NCBI GenBank assembly: GCA_964016885.1
Contig: OZ024749.1
Location: forward strand, 50,220,001 to 50,284,000
Direction: 5' to 3'
Length of the DNA: 64,000 nt
Origin: Eledone cirrhosa
Taxonomy: Eukaryota
The notes beneath the pieces were generated by a model that had not been told where the DNA came from, ran no database searches, and worked only from the letters and a program-made list of their open reading frames with translations. The stretch's first letter is position 1. Each line of letters starts with the position of its first letter. Of the stretch, positions 49,892 through 64,000 are shown piece after piece. A program made the translations under genes and the position numbers.

Positions 49892-52255
49892 GTGGAATAG
49901 AATTCATCATATAAATATCAGGCGAATAAAGGAGTAGCTTGCTTCTATTTGAACAATGTTTTGCCATTCTACATCACAACATCGTTGAATTTTCTTTATC
50001 ACTTGTGTTAACATATATAATTATTATTGATTAATTATATGTGTTGGATATTTTGATTATTCATTTGACGTTAATAACCAATTAACGCATTATGAGTACC
50101 GGTAACGATAGTTTAAAGCCAGTAACATAATTCTAATACTACATAGGAAAAGATGAATATCTGATCACTCATAAATCTAATAACGATTGTTAGGAATTAA
50201 TGTTAATTATCATAAACAAATCTCGTGGTATTTTTATGGCATTTTATAAAAGATTAATTTATCTATTAAAAGAATATATATGACTGCCAATCACAATAGA
50301 AAACGAGGAGGTTGTTTGTATCATGTTGTCTCACATGTGTTCGGTTTCATATCAAGACGTACAGTCGTGTGTAGAAACTACAGATGCTAACCTCCAACCA
50401 TCCTACCTCCTGTTCCCTCATACTATATATGATATATTAAGTAGAATGAACTGCTCTTATCTTTGACGATTCCGGATTGGGATAAGCACTGGTGTGGATA
50501 GAATGAATTCAAACCAAGTGAGACTGAAATGGAAATATGTGGGGAAATCAATTTCTTAAAGTCAAAGGTTCATATATGGCATCAACCTATCACTGTACAT
50601 ATAGATTAACCGGATTTAAACATATTTTTGTTTTACGAACTCTATTGTGGGTGTAATACACAAGTATTAATTTACGATGAAAAAATTGATAACGTTCGAA
50701 TTCTTACCTGCATGGCAAAGTAAGGAATTTCCTTTTCTCAGCGAGAAATGCTGGGCCATATCTGGCTGAAACCAACTTAATCTAAACTGGAGCGAAGTAC
50801 ACTTCATTTGGGAGGGACATATGAAATTATTCCGAGGACGCACGGAAGATGTCCATTCTAAAGACATGATTATATAAAAAAACATTCTACCAAACACTTA
50901 GAGGCTTCTTCAAAATCGTCAGATACTTTATATTGGAAGATATCGTAATTTTCTTGTCTTCTTCACCACACATTTACTTTCACGAGCAACTCATATACAA
51001 TCCTAAGAAAAAGATCGAAGAAAGAGATCTTTCACCACACACAAAGCGTACATTACAAGGTTTTCATGGTGAAAGAAAGCAACATGACCTCGAAGTCAGT
51101 CCCATTGCGTGGCAATGTCTTGAATAGCCTTCTATTACAGCGCCGGTTTAAAAAATGTCTTTTAAGGGAAATTTCGTACACGAAGCCTGTCAGAAATGCT
51201 TCTGGGTATATTTACATATAGCAAATATTATTAAGTGCTCGACAAAATAATAGACAGCTTTAGAAATATAAGAAATGTTGTCGATACTGTCGCCTAAATC
51301 TCATCAAAGCTGTGCCGGAGCATATATGTAGTCTACTGACTAAAACCTTAAATGTCAGCATATCTGATGTAGGTAATGAATTGCAGTTATATATTTGCAT
51401 ACTCTTCGTTTTATTTCCTATAATGTCCTAATAATTTCTAATATTCGGCTGCGTCTTCAGTTTGCAAGATTAGTATCTTTTTTTCGTTCATTTCTATGTA
51501 TGTTTCTAATTAATAATCTGATTTTATCTCAGAATAATGAACGTGCTTTCTTATTATTCTTAACATTACTAAAATGTTAGCTTTGGGACAATTTTAGGAT
51601 CTGTTATCTTAATCTATCTTTTGGGCATCCGAAGTTTTGTTTTTCAGCTATCATACACCTCAGACTTATTTGGGAGAAGCAAGTTGAACGTTATATATGC
51701 TATCACCTTATAACATAGCGTTACATATTGACACAAAGAAAGACATTTCATTCAATATACAATGAATGAATCGATTATTTATATAATCTAAAATTAAATC
51801 GAATATTTCCAGCTTCGTAAATTCGATCAGATTTCCAATTTAATTACGAGACACACCTATTCTGTGAAAGATAGAAGATAGTATGATCACGTATAATACG
51901 CCTTTTAATAAAGTAACTTTCTATGGAGATGTGTATGAAAAGAGTCTAATGAAGCATGTGCTAAGGTGTCTTCATTGCGGAAGACAATGAAATGGAATTA
52001 GTTTAAATACATTGGAATATAAATGTACATTATTTTACGAAATTCAGTCATTAGACTGCTGTCATTCTGGGAGATCGACTTTAATAGTAGGCTCAATTAT
52101 AACAAGAATTCTTATTTCAGTCAAGTAAATATATTTAATCGATCTCTATTTGTCCAACAGCTAAATGATACACATAAGGAGGGAATAAAATGTAGTCTTT
52201 CAGACATAAATACATTCCTGCATACACACACACACACACACACACGTATATATAT

Positions 52256-52319
<64 letters not shown>

Positions 52320-53002
52320 GCAATGTATTTAGATATACGCAAAGTAAAATACCTTAGGTTTAATGGGGTATTATCGTTAAGAAGTCGAATTCGATTATAC
52401 ACCAATCCTCAGTTTTCCACTGCATATTTTTCCAGAATGTAATTTGTTCTATCATTATGGATAAATTTTTCAAGCAAGTATTTATCCAGGTTACACAATT
52501 GAAACTTCATCCACCATAAAAAGACGGCTTGGAGTGTAATACATATATATGTATTACGAAAGTCTCAAAATTAAAGTTTGATACACATTTCCGGCCAATA
52601 TATTATTGAGATGATATTTATTGGCCGCAGATGAACGACATTTGAAGGTGAAGGTTTCGGTTTGTTTAATGTAGAATAACCTATGAGCGGAGGATGGCAT
52701 CGGTTAAATCAGCATCATAATTTGTCTCGTCCACACCTAGCGACCCTTATATAAGTGTGCTATGGAGTAGTGCAATTAACCAACTATTTAGTTGACCATC
52801 CTATCAGCAGTTTTAAAGGTTTTTTTAGTCAAGTTACCTCACGCCCGTAGTGCGTAAATAATCTTAAATATTACTATAGGGGGCAATATATGTTCTTACA
52901 TAAGTACTTACTCTCATTGGGCAAACCAACGACGTGAACCACGGATTTGATTTTAAACATGTCTCACTGAAAGACTATATGTTGTGTTTGGTCAATAAAT
53001 TA

Positions 53003-53078
53003 TGGTAAACATATATGATATTACTGCGGAGTATCACTAAATGATGGTAAACACATATGATATTAGTGCAGAGTATCA
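53003..53078. repeat. ~42-bp tandem duplication
   Basis: TGGTAAACA.ATATGATATTA.TGC.GAGTATCA twice. Confidence 0.7.
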
Positions 53079-54893
53079 TAGTCTGGTAACAATAAACGAG
53101 AAAGCGCACATGTCACGCAGAGTATCCCTCAGATTAAGAGCAAATCGGAATAATTGAAACATACTTATGCATTAAGATCACCGGGGAAAAAAACACACAT
53201 ACTTGACGTGGTTTTGCTCAATTTCTGTAGAAAACATTTCACTGTTAAGACAATAGTCGAATCCCATTAATGGACGAAAGAAATGTCCAAGTTGTTGTTA
53301 GTGTGATCGAATGCGAAACGAAATGAAAGTGTAGCAGACATCTTGACAACAAAATCAACCCTTTTCTGATGCAATGCATGCAACATTAGACTCTCATGCT
53401 GTACATATTTGCATAGAAGATAAATACGCTATTATATTTACATATATTAAACCACAAATAGATAATAGTACATCTAACAAAATACATACATGCCTAGCTT
53501 CCTTTGTACACTTTCAATGTTACAACCCACTATTGCGTTTATTATATATGGGTAGGTATAAACGTTCACTTACATGTGTGTGTACGAAAGTAGTGTTGTG
53601 TGCGTTAGTGCTTGTTTAATTCATCTATAACGCAGATTTCCTTTTAACAGAATCTATAAATTCTTTTGTAAAACAAAACTTTTTGAAAAACCATTACCAA
53701 TGAAGCAATTATAGAATCATACGAAAAACAACAAAATGTTTTGACAAATGAAAGAAAATCATCATGAGAATTTTCTGGAAAAAATAAAAGACAAGAAAAA
53801 GTAATGCGCATTTATATGAAACTTTTGAAAATTATATCTTAATGCACCGGAATATGGCGAATAAACATTTCAAGATATGAAGAAATTTTTAAATATTTCG
53901 ATATCTAAATTCTATTTGTTGCTATTTTATTTTGTATCATTTTTTAAATATTTTGTTATTATTATTATTTCTCTTTGATTTGTTAGTATTCTTCAACTAC
54001 TGTTTGTTCTTCAGGTTCTTCTAATTCGCATATATATATATTTTGTTCATTTATGCTCTTTATATATTTATTTATATTTATTATTCATATTACTTCTTAA
54101 TTTTTCTACTGTTATTTTAATTTAATTATTATTTTCATTATTCTTAATGTCATCAATATTATTAGGATTATTTTTATTGCAACTATTTTTTACATTATTT
54201 GTATTATTAATTATGATATAATCATTGTACTAGGTGCTGTTTTTGTTAGGTTTCTATGTTTTTCGTTTCATTTATTTTATATATGAACATTGCTAACCAG
54301 CAGCATTTTCTTCATAATAATCCTATACCTATTATTAATATTATTATTATTATTATTAACATTATTATTATTACTACTGTTGTTGGGGGTGGTGGTGGTG
54401 GCGGCGCTGGGGTGGTAGTGGTGTTGTTGTTATTACCAATAATAATAATAGTTTATTAGATATGTCCGTCTTTGAAGTTAGAAGCAATTAATAATTATAG
54501 TATCACTTTTATTTTCAATGGTGAAAATTGAAATTAAATTTCACCTTGAGGGGGAGAAATCATTAAAACAATTTTTACCTAATCAAGCCAGAGTATTGTG
54601 TTGCAATAAATATACAAAATATAACAAAATGCAGACGCAAGCACACAAACACACATAAACAGAAATAAGAAATTACACACACACACTCATACAAGTAATA
54701 TACATGTATTTATATATGTGTATTTACAGTCATAAGGATATATACGATGATACACATACATTTTAGCCTATATATACATATATGTGTGTGTGTGTGTGTG
54801 TGTGCAAGGATATATATATATATATATATATGATTATAAACATATTTTAGAGTATACACATATATATATATATGATTATACGCATATTTTAGC

Positions 54894-54938
<45 letters not shown>

Positions 54939-55024
54939 GAAGTTGTATTTAATTTGTGGAATTCCGACAAACATAAAGGTTTATAACTGATTTAGATCAC
55001 TCAACAGTTACTGGAGTAAATATT

Positions 55025-55282
55025 CCATGATATTAAATAAATGGAAACTATATTTATAAAACCACAAGCCAACGTTGGTGCGCTTTCATCAGATAAAATG
55101 ATGACTATCCAGTGTATTTCCGACCGATAAGGTATGATTATCATGGGTACGTCTTTATTTATAAAACATAGTTTGTATTTTATCTGACGAAAGCGCACCG
55201 AGTTCGGCTCGGTTGCCCTTGAAATATATATAATAAAATAAATATAGTTTTATAAATATAGTTTCCATTTATTTAATATCAT

Positions 55283-55284
<2 letters not shown>
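55025..55284 (+). mobile_element. 260-bp element with 38-bp terminal inverted repeats carrying an HHR
   Basis: 55025-55062 is the reverse complement of 55247-55284; inverted partial HHR at 55077-55099. Confidence 0.8.
55176..55240 (+). ncRNA. Type I hammerhead ribozyme, apparently intact
   Basis: UAUUUUAU-CUGACGA-AAG.GCA-CCGAG-UUCGG-CUCGG-UUGC.CUU-GAAA-UAUAUA-UA-AUAAAAUA. Confidence 0.72.
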
Positions 55285-55322
<38 letters not shown>

Positions 55323-55326
55323 GGTG

Positions 55327-55448
55327 GGGGTATATTATATATACATAGAGAGAGAGTGTGAGAGAGATAGAGATACACATATATATATATACATATATAG
55401 TAATAATAATAAATGTGAAGACTAAAATCCGAAGAGGGTTCGATACCG

Positions 55449-55493
<45 letters not shown>

Positions 55494-55622
55494 GGGGGGG
55501 GGAGTATATTATATATACATAGAGAGAGAGTGTGAGAGAGATAGAGATACACATATATATATATACATATATAGTAATAATAATAAATGTGAAGTCTAAA
55601 ATCCGAAGAGGGTTCGATACCG

Positions 55623-55630
<8 letters not shown>
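55327..55630. repeat. 174-bp tandem duplication including a dispersed motif also seen near 25920-25965
   Basis: AAATGTGAAG.CTAAAATCCGAAGAGGGTTCGATACCGATAA at 55411 and 55585. Confidence 0.85.
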
Positions 55631-55670
<40 letters not shown>

Positions 55671-55676
<6 letters not shown>

Positions 55677-56289
55677 ATCAAGGTTGAGCAAATAAGGAAA
55701 AGTTTTAAAATAAATTTTAAAACATTTCACTGTACCTTACGGGCCTCCATTGAAAAGAAAAACTCTCGTCAGAAGGTTATTTTCACTCGGAGAATATAAA
55801 ATATCGCAAGTTCGAATTACGAACTGGCGCTATTCAAAAGATTCTTCCCGAGATGAGAATGAATGATGTGGAAGCAATTCTGTCCAGTGCCGTGTGCAAA
55901 GATAGAAGGCAGAGGCGGAGAGGCCAATCTACTACCACTATAAACAGCAGCAGTCAAAACGACCAAATGTTATCTCGACCAAAGGGGAGGGTTAATAATA
56001 ATAAAGTATATATCCCTACACGCAAAATACATATAGGGACACATGTATTATCCAACCATATGCCAATGTGGTTCTATGGCAAGTTAATAAATTAACGAGC
56101 CAGAACATATATAATCAAGGTTTAGGAAATAATAATAACTGTTAAAATAAATTTTAAAAACTTCACTGTACCTGTTATGGTTACCTTTACCGTACGGTTT
56201 CGAGTCTCAAAAATAAATGGACAGTCCTTACGGGCCTCCATTGAAAAGAAAAACTCTCGTCAGAAGGTTCTTTTCACTCGGAGAATATA
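55671..56289 (-). mobile_element. Direct-repeat (pLTR/retrozyme-like) non-coding element
   Basis: 55671-55798 repeats at 56107-56289; the first copy lacks ~55 bp covering GAAA and stem III. Confidence 0.75.
56183..56268 (-). ncRNA. Type I hammerhead ribozyme, canonical core
   Basis: ACCUU-CUGACGA-GAGUUUU...GAGACUC-GAAA-CCGUACGG-UA-AAGGU. Confidence 0.8.
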
Positions 56290-56967
56290 TATATTGAGAG
56301 TGATACAGTAAGGAAGAGAGTATTAATCAGGCAGTATTTGCTTAAGAACCCTAGTAAATACTAATGTAATTTCAAAGTAATTGAAAGAATAGATCACCGC
56401 CCAAATATTCACTATGCCGTTCTGTCGTTTACACTTCAACATTTTAAAATTCTGTACAATCTAACGTAGGAGGCTTGCGTTCATATCACTATACAACTCA
56501 TTAGCATTAAAAACCGGGTTATTCTTATATTTTACTTTAACAATTTGAAGATGCTAGTGACATTCTCCCTAACATTTACATGGAATAATCTTCACATATG
56601 ATTATCAGCTACCGAAAATGTCATTAGGCTGCTACCATTCCATACATACAATTTGATGTAGTTGCTAAACCAATATATAATAACATTCGTAAAAAGATGT
56701 TACATGGCATATATATAGAAAACAACTGTGCCATTGAATACATATATATCTAACAAGAAAAGAAATATCGTTGGAATATTTCCATCAAAACATCCGAAAG
56801 GTGCAAACCTGACATGTTTTATATACGCGTAGCTGTGTGGGGTAGAAAAGAAAAAGAACTGTCTTTACTTGTTGGCTGCCATGAATGTGAATATACTTGA
56901 ATATAAGTAAAGGAAGAACATATACTGCATATTTACAGAAATTATTAATTCCCATTTATAAACTTAA

Positions 56968-57352
56968 ATGCTCCGTTGGGTGTGCAGTTTCAATGTGCGT
57001 GAGCGACCAAGCAGGGATGAGTTGAGAGAGAAAATGTGTATAAGAGGGATAAGTTGTAGTGTTCGGGAGAGAAGATTGCGATGGTCTGGGCATGTGATAC
57101 GCATGGAGGGTCACCGTTTGGTAAAGAAGGGCCAAGAAATCCCAGGAGAAGGAAGACGCAGTAAACAAAGACCGAGAAAACTATGGGCGGAGGTGGTGAG
57201 AGCGGACCTCAGATCACTGAAGCTCACAGAGGAGATGACGAAAGACCGTGACAAGTGGAGAGGTGTGCTGAATAGGACTCGTCCCAACCTTGCAAGCAGG
57301 GAAAATCGGACGAAAAATGATGATGATAATGATTATGAGGATGATGATGATG
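56968..57352 (+). mobile_element. 5'-truncated RTE-clade LINE with (GAT)n tail and 10-bp TSD
   Basis: MLRW...RERRLRWSGHVIRM...GRRSKQRPRKLW..VVRADL...DRDKWR; TSD AAACTTAAAT at 56960-56969 and 57353-57362. Confidence 0.92.
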
Positions 57353-57710
57353 AAACTTAAATAACACTGAACGTCACAGTTTTGATATATATCTACGTGG
57401 CTAGAGACCAACAAGCAACTGTGCACGTACAGCATGAACAATATAACATGCAATAATTTAATAATCCAAATTCAAGCGACAAGGCCTTATTTCTCTGATT
57501 ATTATTCCGGTTCCTTCCATATATAATATAGTCAAATAAATGTACAATCAATTATACATGCATATCCAATAATAAATGTAAATGGGCATGTAAAGAAACT
57601 AGCCATATACAGATCTAGCTGTCGAAACGGCCGGAGCTCAGCCGTTGTGGTCTTCAATATTTTCATATATATATCATATATATATATATAAATATATATA
57701 TATTTATATG

Positions 57711-57741
<31 letters not shown>

Positions 57742-57809
57742 GCACACATATATATATGCATATATATACATACATATATATATATACATACATATATATA
57801 TATACATAC

Positions 57810-57860
<51 letters not shown>

Positions 57861-57953
57861 CATACATATCACGATAAATTAACGGAGGCATAGGCCGTCG
57901 TTATTCCTTGTAAATAATGTGCTCAAAGGGGAAGAGATCCTGAGTCCTTTAAA

Positions 57954-58078
57954 ATATAATATGTTGAGAAGGTAACACACCAGAGAGAGATATATAGTGC
58001 GTTATCAATTTTTCCCTGTATTATTGATAACGCATTATATATCTCTCTCTGGTGTGTTACCTTCTCAACATATTATAT
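57954..58078. repeat. Hairpin: 56-bp arms, 13-nt loop
   Basis: 57954-58009 versus 58023-58078, one G.U. Confidence 0.88.
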
Positions 58079-60760
<2,682 letters not shown>

Positions 60761-61580
60761 TTTACTTATTTATTTCTTTTAATATATTTCTTTTTATTTC
60801 TAAATTTATAGATACATTTTTATAAATAAGCTGTGTCTGACACCCTCTGTAATTACTTACTCCCTTACCTATTTTTAGTTCTGCATCTAGATGTAAGTGT
60901 ATGTGGCCGTGTTTATGTGTGCGCCTCAATATCCATATAGTTATAATAATAATATATACGTATGCGTGTGTGTGTGTGTGTATGTGTGTGTGTGTGTGTG
61001 TTCGTGGGTATGTGTATGTTTATGTGTATATGCGTGTGTGTGTATGAATGTATGTATATGTGTGTATATATGCGTGTATATATGTATGTATATGTATGTG
61101 TATTTTGTCTGTGGATTATAAACATACAGAGACATTAGCCCTGAATTTTTGTATTTACATACATTTTTTCGACATGCGTATGCATGTGAACATACATTTT
61201 TATGCATATCTGTGAACGAAGTTACTTACATATATACACACACCTAACTGTATTTTCTTGATATATTTTTATGTATTTCATTGGTCTATTTAAAATCTGT
61301 TCCCAAACAGACCTGTAATTTTGAATTGTTGTTATTATCAATAAATATACTTCATTATTTCTGAAGACGGCATATGTATGTGTTGGTATGTATATTATAT
61401 TTGATAGTTTATATAATTTTGTATAATGTTGTACATAGATCTTTTGAATATGCATGCCAATTCTAACACATATATGTCCTAGAAACGATCGTTAAATAAT
61501 GAACTTTTTTTGTTTAATATAAGGAACTGTTTCATTGTTTTATTCATTATTTTTTTTATATTTTATATATATATATATAC

Positions 61581-61662
<82 letters not shown>

Positions 61663-61779
61663 GTATATATATATTACTGTATACATACATACGTATCTAC
61701 ACAAATGCAAACATACAGGTTAATACATTCATGTATTCCTTCATACATGAATATTGTCAAATATACGGTGCAGAATAGA

Positions 61780-62135
61780 TATGAAGAATGTCTTGAGAAT
61801 TCCTGCGTTAAGAAAAAATATTAGGGTTCGATGAATGATGCAAAAAATATTGTTCTAAAATATATCAACTCTCCCAATTGCAGGTGCCCGTTTTTGTATT
61901 AACGTGAGTTTCAACTTTTATTACAGAAATTAACTATTTAACGATTATAGTGGAAAATTATATTTTTATTTATTTCATAGTTACTATTCTTATTTTTATG
62001 TTTCGAATTATTTCTTCAAAGAAATCGTCAGTGTTTCATTCAAATAGTCCACACTTCACTGCGATGTTAACTGTTGTTGTTGTTGTTGTTGACTGGATAT
62101 TCAAAAACTGAATTTGATCAGTTAAGCATTTCATT
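61780..62135 (+). mobile_element. Possible decayed mariner-like transposon left end
   Basis: TATGAAGAATGTCTTGAGAATTCC resembles mariner TIR starts; recalled similarity only, no right TIR or transposase seen. Confidence 0.25.
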
Positions 62136-62739
62136 GGACCATTGGCGTTGTAATTAGCTGGCAAGCGAGTGTCAGCTTACTGAATATAATTCAATCTCAT
62201 TAAAAGTTCTATTAAGATTTTAATTCAAAGTAATCTAAAACCGCTAAAAAATTAATGAAATTTAAATGTTCAGAAAATAAAGTGTTATTTCTCTTTACTT
62301 TTAATGTTTTACTTCAGTTCATTTAATTTGCGCTTATTTCTTTCTTCTTTTCTATATATCTTTCTCCCTATCTTCGAGGAATCCAAATATCCAATCAACA
62401 AGAAACCGGCTAAATTGGTTATTGATTGGTTTCAGAATTCAGAATTGTCCCAAATCTGCAGATCATGTTGTATAAAAAAAATACAAAAACATTCAAACAA
62501 TTTAAATTGTTTAAAGAATTTGGATCTTAATTTATATTATATTTTAATTTTAGGGATTGTAATAACGGCTACGTAGATTTTGAGAATGAATAATGGGGAT
62601 ATGAACCATCTACGTTTGTCCTTCTGCCATTTGTAGCATATTTGCAAATTGATTCCGTTTTCAGTCCAGATATTTTTCAATGAGTATTTAATTTGGTGTT
62701 TCTTGTATGACATAACGACTTCAGTGTAGTATTTATGAT

Positions 62740-62810
62740 TTTCCTCACACCAGATAGCCAACAATAACTTCCTCACACCAGATGGCCAACACTAACTTCT
62801 ACCACAACAG
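62740..62810. repeat. 28-bp tandem repeat, about 2.5 copies
   Basis: TTCCTCACACCAGAT.GCCAACA.TAAC. Confidence 0.8.
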
Positions 62811-62996
62811 AACGTATGGAACTGATACACCAACATGTATCTATTCACATTAAGTGAGTCCGAAACTTGAGTACGTGTAGAGGTTGAATGTACCCGTTTA
62901 TGTGTGTTGTATTGTTGAAGCCAATAACTATGTGTCTTCTCTGGGATTTTACATAACATTACCTATTGAGTACGCTGAGATACAATTTGAAAATTT

Positions 62997-63256
62997 GATA
63001 GTGAATCAGGGCTTCCACCGTATTTTTTGACTAAGTAAATTAGCCTAATATTTGGAGTTATAAAAACCTCCAGATTGGTGTATTGGTTAGTACAATGGGT
63101 ATGATAGCCAAAGATGTGTGTTCATGTCCGGTGTAGGTCAATACTCATCCTTCTTCCAATCTGGGTTTTTTTATAACTCCAGGTATTAGGCTAATTTAGT
63201 TAGTCAAAAACTACGGCGGAAGCTCTATTTCACTATCTAATATATATATATATACA

Positions 63257-63298
<42 letters not shown>

Positions 63299-63325
63299 TA
63301 GTGAAATAGAGCTTCCGCCATAGTT
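62997..63325. mobile_element. Fold-back element (~82-bp arms) plus a third terminal fragment across (TA)n
   Basis: 62997-63078 versus 63156-63237; terminus repeated inverted at 63294-63325. Confidence 0.78.
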
Positions 63326-63821
63326 ATATATATATATAGTAGAACTATACAGTAGATTGAACATAAATATATCTATTGCGACGAAGGCAAGGTGAATGGT
63401 CTATTGGAAAATAATTTTGAATAGATTTAGATATTTACTTTTAAGAAATAAAGTCTATATTAATGATACGAAGATGTTATAGTTATAGCAAAAACTTCCA
63501 AAACATTTCATGACTTTAAACTATAAGCGAATGTATTACTAACTAACATAGGTTGTGAAAGCCGATAGCAGTCATCAAGTATTACTCGTTAATATTTGGA
63601 GTTAGTATAAGCTTAAGTCTTTTAACTTAGCTTTCATTAAAATTAATCAATGCATCTTAATGATTATAATTTTCCAGCTGTTTGTTGTACATTATAACAC
63701 CTATGGCTATTATCAAATCCATGGATTAAAATGTCTATTCTAATATTGGATGATTTTGAGATTTCGAATTTTAAAATTTGGCATAAAAATAGGATTAGTT
63801 ATTCTCATAATCACACACATA

Positions 63822-63876
<55 letters not shown>

Positions 63877-64000
63877 AGAGAGAGATAGAGAGAGAGAGAG
63901 ATGAAGAGAACATGACAGAGGGAGATAGCGGGAACGAGAGAGAGCGCGTGTGCAAGAGAGAAGTGTGGAAAACAATATATACACATACGCATAGACAACC

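Noticed and set aside
50667-51127. Possible RT-like EDIVIF motif
   Set aside because: No other collinear RT motifs could be identified

Overview
AT-rich animal genomic DNA, intergenic or deep intronic. It is most consistent with an octopod cephalopod, judged from recalled octopus-type tRNA-derived SINEs and very dense (TA)n microsatellites; this is not confirmed by a search. No intact host gene can be supported, and nearly all listed ORFs are (TA)n/(CA)n artefacts. The window holds about 11 copies of one SINE family, a CORE-like SINE, two RTE-LINE 3' ends, Penelope-like (PLE) RT and GIY-YIG relics, one 200-N gap and several kb-scale compound microsatellites. The main finding is a dense set of non-coding, microsatellite-embedded repeats carrying type I hammerhead ribozyme (HHR) motifs from several unrelated families. 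One is a tandem ~430-520 nt unit with one HHR per unit (retrozyme-like; 11.4, 34.8 and 37.7-38.9 kb). Others are apparently intact HHRs at 55.2 and 56.2 kb, a U3-A8 core variant at 9.8 kb, and fold-back elements that turn round at a TC-T-GA/CUGA motif. All HHR calls come from folding by eye and are untested.
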